Below are positions 28,601 through 43,100 of a DNA stretch of 64,000 nucleotides, in pieces. The position numbers and the translations under genes are program-made. The stretch is from Azolla caroliniana (Eukaryota; Plantae; Polypodiophyta). Position 1 is the stretch's first letter. Each line of letters begins with the position of its first letter. The stretch lies in assembly GCA_043228905.1 (NCBI GenBank), contig JBHGNT010000087.1:31819-95818 (forward strand). Direction: 5' to 3'. Below the pieces are notes generated by a model, which saw only the letters and a list, made by a program, of their open reading frames with translations, did no database searches and was not told where the DNA came from.

Positions 28601-29636
28601 CCTGAGTTTCAAAATCTTGACTTTTTAATTTCATATCATAGCTAGCGATGTTAGCTTCGTTTCGCATGTTTGAACACAAAAATCCGATATCACACGAGCC
28701 AGGTATGAACATTTTCATTTACCTACTAGCTCTTCTCAACTCACTCCTCAAATTTGCTAATTTCGTCATGTCTCTCGACCTGAGTTTCAAAATCTTGATT
28801 TTTTAATTCCATATCATAGCTAGCGTTGTTAGCTTCGTTTCGCATGTTTGAACACAAAAATCCGATATCACACGAGCCAGGTATGAACATTTTCATTTAC
28901 TCAAGGGCTCCCCTCAACTCACTCCTCAAATTTGCTAATTTCGTCATGTCTCTCGACCTGAGTTTCAAAATCTTGATTTTTTAATTCCATATCATAGCTA
29001 GCATTGTTAGCTTCGAATCGCATGTTTGAACACAAAAATCCGATATCACACGAGCCAGGTATGAACATTTTCATTTACTCAAGGGCTCCTCTCAACTCAC
29101 TACTCAAATTTTGGTAATTTCGTCATGTCTCTCGACCTGAGATTCAAAATCTTGATTTTTTAATTCCATAACATAGCTAGCGTTGTTAGCTTCGAATCGC
29201 ATGTTTGAACGCAAAAATCTGATATCACACGACCCAAGTATGAACATTTTAATTTACCTACTAGCTCTTCTCCACTCACTCCTCAAATTTGGTAATTTCG
29301 TCATGTCTCTCGACCTGAGTTTCAAAATCTTGATTTTCTAATTCCATATCGTATCTAGCATTGTTAGCTTCGTTTCGCATGTTTGAACACAAAAATCCGA
29401 TATCACACGAGCTAGGTATGAACATTTTCATTTACCTACTAGCTCTTCTCAACTCACTCCTCAAATTTGGTAATTTCGTCATGTCTCTCGACCTGAGTTT
29501 CAAAATCTTGATTTTTTAATTCCATATCATAGCTAGCGTTGTTAGCTTCGATTCGCATGTTTGAACACAAAAATCCGATATCACACGAGCCAGGTATGAA
29601 CATTTTCATTTACTCAAGGGCTCCTCTCAACTCACT
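25636..29636 (+). repeat. 11-mer (1958 bp) higher-order repeat, 2 tandem copies
   Basis: GATATTACAC variant at 26555/28513 and GAGCCAAG at 25851/27809. The offset becomes 1959 after the 1-bp insertion at ~29111. Confidence 0.85.
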
Positions 29637-32600
29637 ACTCAAATTTGCTAATTTCGTCATGTCTCTCGACCTGAGTTTCAAAATCTTGATTTTTTAATTC
29701 CATATCATAGCTAGCGTTGTTAGCTTCGAATCGCATGTTTGAACACAAAAATCTGATATCACACGACCCAAGTATGAACATTTTAATTTACCTACTAGCT
29801 CTTCTCAACTCACTCCTCAAATTTGGTAATTTCGTCATGTCTCTCGACCTGAGTTTCAAAATCTTGATTTTTTAATTCCATATCGTATCTAGCATTGTTA
29901 GCTTCGTTTCGCATGTTTGAACACAAAAATTCGATATCACACGAGCTAGGTATGAACATTTTCATTTACCTACTAGCTCTTCTCAACTCACTCCTCAAAT
30001 TTGGTAATTTCGTCATGTCTCTCGACCTGAGTTTCAAAATCTTGATTTTTTAATTCCATATCATAGCTAGCGTTGTTAGCTTCGAATCGCATGTTTGAAC
30101 ACAAAAATCCGATATCACACGAGCCAGGTATGAACATTTTCATTTACTCAAGGGCTCCTCTCAACTCACTCCTCAAATTTGCTAATTTCGTCATGTCTCT
30201 CGACCTGAGTTTCAAAATCTTGACTTTTTAATTTCATATCATAGCTAGCGATGTTAGCTTCGTTTCGCATGTTTGAACACAAAAATCCGATATCACACGA
30301 GCCAAGTATGAACATTTTAATTTACCTACTAGCTCTTCTCAACTCACTCCTCAAATTTGCTAATTTCGTCATGTCTCTCGACCTGAGTTTCAAAATCTTG
30401 ATTTTTTAATTCCATATCATAGCTAGCGTTGTTAGCTTCGAATCGCATGTTTGAACACAAAAATCCGATATCACACGAGCCAGGTATGAACATTTTCATT
30501 TACTCAAGGGCTCCCCTCAACTCACTCCTCAAATTTGCTAATTTCGTCATGTCTCTCGACCTGAGTTTCAAAATCTTGATTTTTTAATTCCATATCATAG
30601 CTAGCGTTGTTAGCTTCGAATCGCATGTTTGAACACAAAAATCCGATATCACACGAGCCAGGTATGAACATTTTCATTTACTCAAGGGCTCCCCTCAACT
30701 CACTCCTCAAATTTGGTAATTTCGTCATGTCTCTCGACCTGAGTTTCAAAATCTTGATTTTTTAATTCCATATCGTATCTAGCATTGTTAGCTTCGTTTC
30801 GCATGTTTGAAAACAAAAATCCGATATCACACGAGCTAGGTATGAACATTTTCATTTACCTACTAGCTCTTCTCAACTCACTCCTCAAATTTGGTAATTT
30901 CGTCATGTCTCTCGACCTGAGTTTCAAAATCTTGATTTTTTAATTCCATATCATAGCTAGCGTTGTTAGCTTCGAATCGCATGTTTGAACACAAAAATCC
31001 GATATCACACGAGCCAGGTATGAACATTTTCATTTACTCAAGGGCTCCTCTCAACTCACTACTGAAATTTGGTAATTTCGTCTTGTCTCTCGACCTGAGT
31101 TTCAAAATCTTCATCTTTTAATTTCATATCATAGCTAGCGTTGTTAGCTTCGTTTCGCATGTTTGAACACAAAAATCCGATATCACACGAGCTAGGTATG
31201 AACATTTTCATTTACCTACTAGGTCTTCTCAACTCACTCCTCAAATTTGGTAATTTCGTCATGTCTCTCGACCTGAGTTTCAAAATCTTGATTTTTTAAT
31301 TCCATATCATAGCTAGCGTTGTTAGCTTCGAATCGCATGTTTGAACACAAAAATCCGATATCACACGAGCCAGGTATGAACATTTTCATTTACTTAAGGG
31401 CTCCTCTCAACTCACTCCTCAAATTTGCTAATTTCGTCATGTCTCTCGACCTGAGTTTCAAAATCTTGACTTTTTAATTTCATATCATAGCTAGCGATGT
31501 TAGCTTCGTTTCGCATGTTTGAACACAAAAATCCGATATCACACGAGCCAGGTATGAACATTTTCATTTACCTACTAGCTCTTCTCAACTCACTCCTCAA
31601 ATTTGCTAATTTCGTCATGTCTCTCGACCTGAGTTTCAAAATCTTGATTTTTTAATTCCATATCATAGCTAGCGTTGTTAGCTTCGAATCGCATGTTTGA
31701 ACACAAAAATCCGATATCACACGAGCCAGGTATGAACATTTTCATTTACTCAAGGGCTCCCCTCAACTCACTCCTCAAATTTGCTAATTTCGTCATGTCT
31801 CTCGACCTGAGTTTCAAAATCTTGATTTTTTAATTCCATATCATAGCTAGCATTGTTAGCTTCGAATCGCATGTTTGAACACAAAAATCCGATATCACAC
31901 GAGCCAGGTATGAACATTTTCATTTACTCAAGGGCTCCTCTCAACTCACTACTCAAATTTGGTAATTTCGTCATGTCTCTCGACCTGAGATTCAAAATCT
32001 TGATTTTTTAATTCCATAACATAGCTAGCGTTGTTAGCTTCGAATCGCATGTTTAAACGCAAAAATCTGATATCACACGACCCAAGTATGAACATTTTAA
32101 TTTACCTACTAGCTCTTCTCCACTCACTCCTCAAATTTGGTAATTTCGTCATGTCTCTCGACCTGAGTTTCAAAATCTTGATTTTTTAATTCCATATCGT
32201 ATCTAGCATTGTTAGCTTCGTTTCGCATGTTTGAACACAAAAATTCGATATCACACGGGCTAGGTATGAACATTTTCATTTACCTACTAGCTCTTCTCAA
32301 CTCACTCCTCAAATTTGGTAATTTCGTCATGTCTCTCGACCTGAGTTTCAAAATCTTGATTTTTTAATTCCATATCATAGCTAGCGTTGTTAGCTTCGAA
32401 TCGCATGTTTGAACACAAAAATCCGATATCACACGAGCCAGGTATGAACATTTTCATTTACTCAAGGGCTCCTCTCAACTCACTCCTCAAATTTGCTAAT
32501 TTCGTCATGTCTCTCGACCTGAGTTTCAAAATCTTGACTTTTTAATTTCATATCATAGCTAGCGATGTTAGCTTCGTTTCGCATGTTTGAACACAAAAAT

Positions 32601-33189
32601 CCGATATCACACGAGCCAGGTATGAACATTTTAATTTACCTACTAGCTCTTCTCAACTCACTCCTCAAATTTGCTAATTTCGTCATGTCTCTCGACCTGA
32701 GTTTCAAAATCTTGATTTTTTAATTCCATATCATAGCTAGCGTTGTTAGCTTCGAATCGCATGTTTGAACACAAAAATCCGATATCACACGAGCCAGGTA
32801 TGAACATTTTCATTTACTCAAGGGCTCCCCTCAACTCACTCCTCAAATTTGCTAATTTCGTCATGTCTCTCGACCTGAGTTTCAAAATCTTGATTTTTTA
32901 ATTCCATATCACAGCTAGCGTTGTTAGCTTCGAATCGCATGTTTGAACACAAAAATCCGATATCACACGAGCCAGGTATGAACATTTTCATTTACTCAAG
33001 GGCTCCCCTCAACTCACTCCTCAAATTTGGTAATTTCGTCATGTCTCTCGACCTGAGTTTCAAAATCTTGATTTTTTAATTCCATATCGTATCTAGCATT
33101 GTTAGCTTCGTTTCGCATGTTTGAAAACAAAAATCCGATATCACACGAGCTAGGTATGAACATTTTCATTTACCTACTAGCTCTTCTCA

Positions 33190-36100
33190 ACTCACTCCTC
33201 AAATTTGGTAATTTCGTCATGTCTCTCGACCTGAGTTTCAAAATCTTGATTTTTTAATTCCATATCATAGCTAGCGTTGTTAGCTTCGAATCGCATGTTT
33301 GAACACAAAAATCCGATATCACACGAGCCAGGTATGAACATTTTCATTTACTCAAGGGCTCCTCTCAACTCACTACTGAAATTTGGTAATTTCGTCATGT
33401 CTCTCGACCTGAGTTTCAAAATCTTCATCTTTTAATTTCATATCATAGCTAGCGTTGTTAGCTTCGTTTCGCATGTTTGAACACAAAAATCCGATATCAC
33501 ACGAGCTAGGTATGAACATTTTCATTTACCTACTAGGTCTTCTCAACTCACTCCTCAAATTTGGTAATTTCGTCATGTCTCTCGACCTGAGTTTCAAAAT
33601 CTTGATTTTTTAATTCCATATCATAGCTAGCGTTGTAAGCTTCGGTTCGCATGTTTGAACACAAAAATCCGATATCACACGAGCCAGGTATGAACAGTTT
33701 CATTTACTCACGGCCCCTTCTCCACTCCCTCCTCAAATTTGCTAATTTCATCATGTCTCTCGACCTGAGTTTCAAAATCTTGATTTTTTAATTCTATATC
33801 ATAGCTAGCTTTGTTTGCTTCGATTCGCATGTTTGAACACAAAAAGCAGATATCACACGAGCCAGGTAGGAACATTTTCATTTCCGAACGGGCTCTTCTC
33901 CACTCCCTCCTCTAATTTGCTAATTTCTTCATGTCTCTTGACCTGAGTTTCAAAATCTTGATTTTTTAATTCCATATCATAGCTAGCGTTGTTAGCTTCG
34001 AATCGCATGTTTGAACACAAAAATCCGATATCACACGAGCCAGGTATGAACATTTTCATTTACTCAAGGGCTCCTCTCAACTCACTACTCAAATTTGGTA
34101 TTTTCGTCATGTCTCTCGACCTGAGTTTCAAAATCTTGATCTTTTAATTTCATATCATAGCTAGCGATGTTAGCTTCGTTTCGCATGTTTGAACACAGAA
34201 ATCCGATATCACACGAGCCAGGTATGAACAGTTTCGTTTACTCAAGGGCTCTTCTCAACTCACTCCTCAAATTTGCTAATTTCGTCATGTCTCTCGACCT
34301 GAGTTTCAAAATCTTCATCTTTTAATTTCATATCATAGCTAGCGTTGTTAGCTTCGTTTCGCATGTTTGAACACAAAAATCCGATATCACACGAGCTAGG
34401 TATGAACATTTTAATTTACCTACTAGGTCTTCTCAACTCACTCCTCAAATTTGGTAATTTCGTCATGTCTCTCGACCTGAGTTTCAAAATCTTGATTTTT
34501 TAATTCCATATCATAGCTAGCGTTGTTAGCTTCGGTTCGCATGTTTGAACACAAAAATCCGATATCACACGAGCCAGGTATGAACAGTTTCATTTACTCA
34601 AGGGCTCTTCTCAACTCACTCCTCAAATTTGCTAATTTCGTCATGTCTCTCGACCTGAGTTTCAAAATCTTGACTTTTTAATTTCATATCATAGCTAGCG
34701 ATGTTAGCTTCGTTTCGCATGTTTGAACACAAAAATCCGATATCACACGAGCCAGGTATGAACATTTTAATTTACCTACTAGCTCTTCTCAACTCACTCC
34801 TCAAATTTGGTAATTTCGTCATGTCTCTCGACCTGAGTTTCAAAATCTTGATTTTTTAATTCCATATCGTATCTAGCATTGTTACCTTCGTTTCGCATGT
34901 TTGAACACAAAAATCCGATATCACACGAGCCAGGTATGACCAAGTATGAACATTTTAATTTACCTACTAGCTCTTCTCAACTCACTCCTCAAATTTGGTA
35001 ATTTCGTCATGTCTCTCGACCTGAGTTTCAAAATCTTGATTTTTTAATTCCATATCGTATCTAGCATTGTTACCTTCGTTTCGCATGTTTGAACACAAAA
35101 ATCCGATATCACACGAGCCAGGTATGAACATTTTAATTTACCTACTAGCTCTTCTCCACTCACTCCTCAAATTTGGTAATTTCGTCATGTCTCTCGACCT
35201 GAGTTTCAAAATCTTGATTTTTTAATTCCATATCATAGCTAGCGTTGTTAGCTTCGAATCGCATGTTTGAACACAAAAATCCGATATCACACGAGCCAGG
35301 TATGAACATTTTCATTTACTCAAGGGCTCCTCTCAACTCACTACTGAAATTTGGTAATTTCGTCATGTCTCTCGACCTGAGTTTCAAAATCTTCATCTTT
35401 TAATTTCATATCATAGCTAGCGTTGTTAGCTTCGTTTCGCATGTTTGAACACAAAAATCCGATATCACACGAGCTAGGTATGAACATTTTCATTTACCTA
35501 CTAGGTCTTCTCAACTCACTCCTCAAATTTGGTAATTTCGTCATGTCTCTCGACCTGAGTTTCAAAATCTTGATTTTTTAATTCCATATCATAGCTAGCG
35601 TTGTAAGCTTCGGTTCGCATGTTTGAACACAAAAATCCGATATCACACGAGCCAGGTATGAACAGTTTCATTTACTCACGGCCCCTTCTCCACTCCCTCC
35701 TCAAATTTGCTAATTTCATCATGTCTCTCGACCTGAGTTTCAAAATCTTGATTTTTTAATTCTATATCATAGCTAGCTTTGTTTGCTTCGATTCGCATGT
35801 TTGAACACAAAAAGCAGATATCACACGAGCCAGGTAGGAACATTTTCATTTCCGAACGGGCTCTTCTCCACTCCCTCCTCTAATTTGCTAATTTCTTCAT
35901 GTCTCTTGACCTGAGTTTCAAAATCTTGATTTTTTAATTCCATATCATAGCTAGCGTTGTTAGCTTCGAATCGCATGTTTGAACACAAAAATCCGATATC
36001 ACACGAGCCAGGTATGAACATTTTCATTTACTCAAGGGCTCCTCTCAACTCACTACTCAAATTTGGTATTTTCGTCATGTCTCTCGACCTGAGTTTCAAA

Positions 36101-37159
36101 ATCTTGATCTTTTAATTTCATATCATAGCTAGCGATGTTAGCTTCGTTTCGCATGTTTGAACACAGAAATCCGATATCACACGAGCCAGGTATGAACAGT
36201 TTCGTTTACTCAAGGGCTCTTCTCAACTCACTCCTCAAATTTGCTAATTTCGTCATGTCTCTCGACCTGAGTTTCAAAATCTTCATCTTTTAATTTCATA
36301 TCATAGCTAGCGTTGTTAGCTTCGTTTCGCATGTTTGAACACAAAAATCCGATATCACACGAGCTAGGTATGAACATTTTAATTTACCTACTAGGTCTTC
36401 TCAACTCACTCCTCAAATTTGGTAATTTCGTCATGTCTCTCGACCTGAGTTTCAAAATCTTGATTTTTTAATTCCATATCATAGCTAGCGTTGTTAGCTT
36501 CGGTTCGCATGTTTGAACACAAAAATCCGATATCACACGAGCCAGGTATGAACAGTTTCATTTACTCAAGGGCTCTTCTCAACTCACTCCTCAAATTTGC
36601 TAATTTCGTCATGTCTCTCGACCTGAGTTTCAAAATCTTGACTTTTTAATTTCATATCATAGCTAGCGATGTTAGCTTCGTTTCGCATGTTTGAACACAA
36701 AAATCCGATATCACACGAGCCAGGTATGAACATTTTAATTTACCTACTAGCTCTTCTCAACTCACTCCTCAAATTTGGTAATTTCGTCATGTCTCTCGAC
36801 CTGAGTTTCAAAATCTTGATTTTTTAATTCCATATCGTATCTAGCATTGTTACCTTCGTTTCGCATGTTTGAACACAAAAATCCGATATCACACGAGCCA
36901 GGTATGACCAAGTATGAACATTTTAATTTACCTACTAGCTCTTCTCAACTCACTCCTCAAATTTGGTAATTTCGTCATGTCTCTCGACCTGAGTTTCAAA
37001 ATCTTGATTTTTTAATTCCATATCGTATCTAGCATTGTTACCTTCGTTTCGCATGTTTGAACACAAAAATCCGATATCACACGAGCCAGGTATGAACATT
37101 TTAATTTACCTACTAGCTCTTCTCCACTCACTCCTCAAATTTGGTAATTTCGTCATGTC
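33190..37159 (+). repeat. 11-mer+10 bp (1968 bp) higher-order repeat, 2 tandem copies
   Basis: D-type ORFs at 33853/35821 and the 10-bp insertion at 34940/36908 are both 1968 apart. TTGTAAGC, ACACAGAAAT and GTTTCGTTTAC variants are shared. Confidence 0.92.
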
Positions 37160-40100
37160 CCTCGACCTGAGTTTCAAAATCTTGATTTTTTAATTCCATA
37201 TCATAGCTAGCGTTGTTAGCTTCGAATCGCATGTTTGAACACAAAAATCTGATATCACACGACCCAAGTATGAACATTTTAATTTACCTACTAGCTCTTC
37301 TTAACTCACTCCTCAAATTTGGTAATTTCGTCATGTCTCTCGACCTGAGTTTCAAAATCTTGATTTTTTAATTCCATATCGTATCTAGCATTGTTAGCTT
37401 CGTTTCGCATGTTTGAACACAAAAATCGGATATCACAAGAGCCAGGTATGAACATTTTAATTTACCTACTAGCTCTTCTCAACTCACTCCTCAAATTTGG
37501 TAATTTCGTCATGTCTCTCGACCTGAGTTTCAAAATCTTGATCTCTTAATTTCATATCATAGCTAGCGTTGTTAGCTTCGATTGGCATGTTTGAACACAA
37601 AAATCCGATATCACACGAACCAAGTATGAACATTTTAATTTACCTACTAGCTCTTCTCAACTCACTCCTCAAATTTGGTAATTTGGTCATGTCTCTCGAC
37701 CTGAGTTTCAAAATCTTGATTTTTTAATTCCATATCGTATCTAGCATTGTTACCTTCGTTTCCCATGTTTGAACACAAAAATCCGATATCACACGAGCCA
37801 GGTATGACCATTTTCATTTACTCAAGGGCTCCTCTCAACTCACTACTCAAATTTGGTAATTTCGTCATGTCTCTCGACCTGAGTTTCAAAATCTTCATCT
37901 TTTAATTTCATATCATAGCTAGCGTTGTTAGCTTCGTTTCGCATGTTTGAACACAAAAATCCGATATCACACGAGCCAGGTATGAACATTTTAATTTACC
38001 TACTAGCTCTTCTCAACTCACTCCTCAAATTTGGTAATTTCGTCATGTCCCTCGACCTGAGTTTCAAAATCTTGATTTTTTAATTCCATATCATAGCTAG
38101 CGTTGTTAGCTTCGAATCGCATGTTTGAACACAAAAATCTGATATCACACGACCCAAGTATGAACATTTTAATTTACCTACTAGCTCTTCTCAACTCACT
38201 CCTCAAATTTGGTAATTTCGTCATGTCTCTCGACCTGAGTTTCAAAATCTTGATTTTTTAATTCCATATCGTATCTAGCATTGTTAGCTTCGTTTCGCAT
38301 GTTTGAACACAAAAATCCGATATCACACGAGCCAGGTATGAACATTTTCATTTACTCAAGGGCTCCCCTCAACTCACTACTCAAATTTGCTAATTTCGTC
38401 ATGTCTCTCGACCTGAGTTTCAAAATCTTGATTTTTTAATTCCATATCATAGCTAGCGTTGTTAGCTTCGAATCGCATGTTTGAACACAAAAATCCGATA
38501 TCACACGAGCCAGGTATGAACATTTTCATTTACTCAAGGGCTCCTCTCAACTCACTACTCAAATTTGCTAATTTCGTCATGTCTCTCGACCTGAGTTTCA
38601 AAATCTTGATTTTTTAATTCCATATCATAGCTAGCGTTGTTAGCTTCGAATCGCATGTTTGAACACAAAAATCTGATATCACACGACCGAAGTATGAACA
38701 TTTTAATTTACCTACTAGCTCTTCTCAACTCACTCCTCAAATTTGGTAATTTCGTCATGTCTCTCGACCTGAGTTTCAAAATCTTGATTTTTTAATTCCA
38801 TATCGTATCTAGCATTGTTAGCTTCGTTTCGCATGTTTGAACACAAAAATCCGATATCACACGAGCTAGGTATGACCATTTTCATTTACCTACTAGCTCT
38901 TCTCAACTCACTCCTCAAATTTGCTAATTTCGTCATGTCTCTCGACCTGAGTTTCAAAATCTTGATTTTTTAATTCCATATCATAGCTAGCGTTGTTAGC
39001 TTCGAATCGCATGTTTGAACACAAAAATCCGATATCACACGAGCCAGGTATGAACATTTTCATTTACTCAAGGGCTCCTCTCAACTCACTACTCAAATTT
39101 GGTATTTTCGTCATGTCTCTCGACCTGAGTTTCAAAATCTTGATTTTTTAATTCCATATCGTATCTAGCATTGTTAGCTTCGTTTCGCATGTTTGAACAC
39201 AAAAATCGGATATCACAAGAGCCAGGTATGAACATTTTAATTTACCTACTAGCTCTTCTCAACTCACTCCTCAAATTTGGTAATTTCGTCATGTCTCTCG
39301 ACCTGAGTTTCAAAATCTTGATCTTTTAATTTCATATCATAGCTAGCGTTGTTAGCTTCGATTGGCATGTTTGAACACAAAAATCCGATATCACACGAAC
39401 CAAGTATGAACATTTTAATTTACCTACTAGCTCTTCTCAACTCACTCCTCAAATTTGGTAATTTGGTCATGTCTCTCGACCTGAGTTTCAAAATCTTGAT
39501 TTTTTAATTCCATATCGTATCCAGCATTGTTACCTTCGTTTCCCATGTTTGAACACAAAAATCCGATATCACACGAGCCAGGTATGACCATTTTCATTTA
39601 CTCAAGGGCTCCTCTCAACTCACTACTCAAATTTGGTAATTTCGTCATGTCTCTCGACCTGAGTTTCAAAATCTTCATCTTTTAATTTCATATCATAGCT
39701 AGCGTTGTTAGCTTCGTTTCGAATGTTTGAACACAAAAATCCGATATCACACGAGCCAGGTATGAACATTTTAATTTACCTACTAGCTCTTCTCAACTCA
39801 CTCCTCAAATTTGGTAATTTCGTCATGTCCCTCGACCTGAGTTTCAAAATCTTGATTTTTTAATTCCATATCATAGCTAGCGTTGTTAGCTTCGAATCGC
39901 ATGTTTGAACACAAAAATCTGATATCACACGACCCAAGTATGAACATTTTAATTTACCTACTAGCTCTTCTCAACTCACTCCTCAAATTTGGTAATTTCG
40001 TCATGTCTCTCGACCTGAGTTTCAAAATCTTGATTTTTTAATTCCATATCGTAACTAGCATTGTTAGCTTCGAATCGCATGTTTGAACACAAAAATCCGA

Positions 40101-43100
40101 TATCACACGAGCCAGGTATGAACATTTTCATTTACTCAAGGGCTCCCCTCAACTCACTACTCAAATTTGCTAATTTCGTCATGTCTCTCGACCTGAGTTT
40201 CAAAATCTTGATTTTTTAATTCCATATCATAGCTAGCGTTGTTAGCTTCGAATCGCATGTTTGAACACAAAAATCCGATATCACACGAGCCAGGTATGAA
40301 CATTTTCATTTACTCAAGGGCTCCTCTCAACTCACTACTCAAATTTGCTAATTTCGTCATGTCTCTCGACCTGAGTTTCAAAATCTTGATTTTTTAATTC
40401 CATATCATAGCTAGCGTTGTTAGCTTCGAATCGCATGTTTGAACACAAAAATCTGATATCACACGACCCAAGTATGAACATTTTAATTTACCTACTAGCT
40501 CTTCTCAACTCACTCCTCAAATTTGGTAATTTCGTCATGTCTCTCGACCTGAGTTTCAAAATCTTGATTTTTTAATTCCATATCGTATCTAGCATTGTTA
40601 CCTTCGTTTCCCATGTTTGAACACAAAAATCCGATATCACACGAGCCAGGTATGACCATTTTCATTTACCTACTAGCTCTTCTCAACTCACTCCTCAAAT
40701 TTGCTAATTTCGTCATGTCTCTCGACCTGAGTTTCAAAATCTTGATTTTTTAATTCCATATCGTATCTAGCATTGTTAGCTTCGTTTCGCATGTTTGAAC
40801 ACAAAAATCGGATATCACAAGAGCCAGGTATGAACATTTTAATTTACCTACTAGCTCTTCTCAACTCACTCCTCAAATTTGGTAATTTCGTCATGTCTCT
40901 CGACCTGAGTTTCAAAATCTTGATCTTTTAATTTCATATCATAGCTAGCGTTGTTAGCTTCGATTGGCATGTTTGAACACAAAAATCCGATATCACACGA
41001 ACCAAGTATGAACATTTTAATTTACCTACTAGCTCTTCTCAACTCACTCCTCAAATTTGGTAATTTGGTCATGTCTCTCGACCTGAGTTTCAAAATCTTG
41101 ATTTTTTAATTCCATATCGTATCTAGCATTGTTACCTTCGTTTCCCATGTTTGAACACAAAAATCCGATATCACACGAGCCAGGTATGACCATTTTCATT
41201 TACTCAAGGGCTCCTCTCAACTCACTACTCAAATTTGGTAATTTCGTCATGTCTCTCGACCTGAGTTTCAAAATCTTCATGTTTTAATTTCATATCATAG
41301 CTAGCGTTGTTAGCTTCGTTTCGCATGTTTGAACACAAAAATCCGATATCACACGAGCCAGGTATGAACATTTTAATTTACCTACTAGCTCTTCTCAACT
41401 CACTCCTCAAATTTGGTAATTTCGTCATGTCCCTCGACCTGAGTTTCAAAATCTTGATTTTTTAATTCCATATCATAGCTAGCGTTGTTAGCTTCGAATC
41501 GCATGTTTGAACACAAAAATCTGATATCACACGACCCAAGTATGAACATTTTAATTTACCTACTAGCTCTTCTCAACTCACTCCTCAAATTTGGTAATTT
41601 CGTCATGTCTCTCGACCTGAGTTTCAAAATCTTGATTTTTTAATTCCATATCGTATCTAGCATTGTTAGCTTCGTTTCGCATGTTTGAACACAAAAATCC
41701 GATATCACACGAGCCAGGTATGAACATTTTCATTTACTCAAGGGCTCCCCTCAACTCACTACTCAAATTTGCTAATTTCGTTATGTCTCTCGACCTGAGT
41801 TTCAAAATCTTGATTTTTTAATTCCATATCATAGCTAGCGTTGTTAGCTTCGAATCGCATGTTTGAACACAAAAATCCGATATCACACGAGCCAGGTATG
41901 AACATTTTCATTTACTCAAGGGCTCCCCTCAACTCACTCCTCAAATTTGGTAATTTCGTCATGTCTCTCGACCTGAGTTTCAAAATATTGATTTTCTAAT
42001 TCTATATCGTATCCAGCATTGTTAGCTTCGTTTCGCATGTTTGAACACAAAAATCCGATATCACACGAGCTAGGTATGACCATTTTCATTTACCTACTAG
42101 CTCTTCTCAACTCACTCCTCAAATTTGCTAATTTCGTCATGTCTCTCGACCTGAGTTTCAAAATCTTGATTTTTTAATTCCATATCATAGCTAGCGTTGT
42201 TAGCTTCGATTCGCATGTTTGAACACAAAAATCTGATATCACACGACCCAAGTATGAACATTTTAATTTACCTACTAGCTCTTCTCAACTCACTCCTCAA
42301 ATTTGCTAATTTCGTCATGTCTCTCGACCTGAGTTTCAAAATCTTGATTTTTTAATTCCATATCATAGCTAGCGTTGTTAGCTTCGAATCGCATGTTTGA
42401 ACACAAAAATCCGATATCACACGAGCCAGGTATGAACATTTTCATTTACTCAAGGGCTCCTCTCAACTCACTACTCAAATTTGGTATTTTCGTCATGTCT
42501 CTCGACCTGAGTTTCAAAATCTTGATTTTTTAATTCCATATCATAGCTAGCGTTGTTAGCTTCGAATCGCATGTTTGAACACAAAAATCCGATATCACAC
42601 GAGCCAGGTATGAACATTTTCATTTACTCAAGGGCTCCCCTCAACTCACTCCTCAAATTTGGTAATTTCGTCATGTCTCTCGACCTGAGTTTCAAAATCT
42701 TGATTTTTTAATTCCATATCGTATCTAGCATTGTTAGCTTCGTTTTGCATGTTTGAACACAAAAATCCGATATCACACGAGCTAGGTATGACCATTTTCA
42801 TTTACCTACTAGCTCTTCTCAACTCACTCCTCAAATTTGCTAATTTCGTCATGTCTCTCGACCTGAGTTTCAAAATCTTGATTTTTTAATTCCATATCAT
42901 AGCTAGCGTTGTTAGCTTCGATTCGCATGTTTGAACACAAAAATCTGATATCACACGACCCAAGTATGAACATTTTAATTTACCTACTAGCTCTTCTCAA
43001 CTCACTCCTCAAATTTGGTAATTTCGTCATGTCTCTCGACCTGAGTTTCAAAATCTTGATTTTTTAATTCCATATCGTATCTAGCATTGTTAGCTTCGTT

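Noticed and set aside
29105-29115. 1-bp insertion (AAATTTTGG) as a biological variant
   Set aside because: It is a single homopolymer-length change absent from the sister HOR copy and cannot be told apart from sequencing error.
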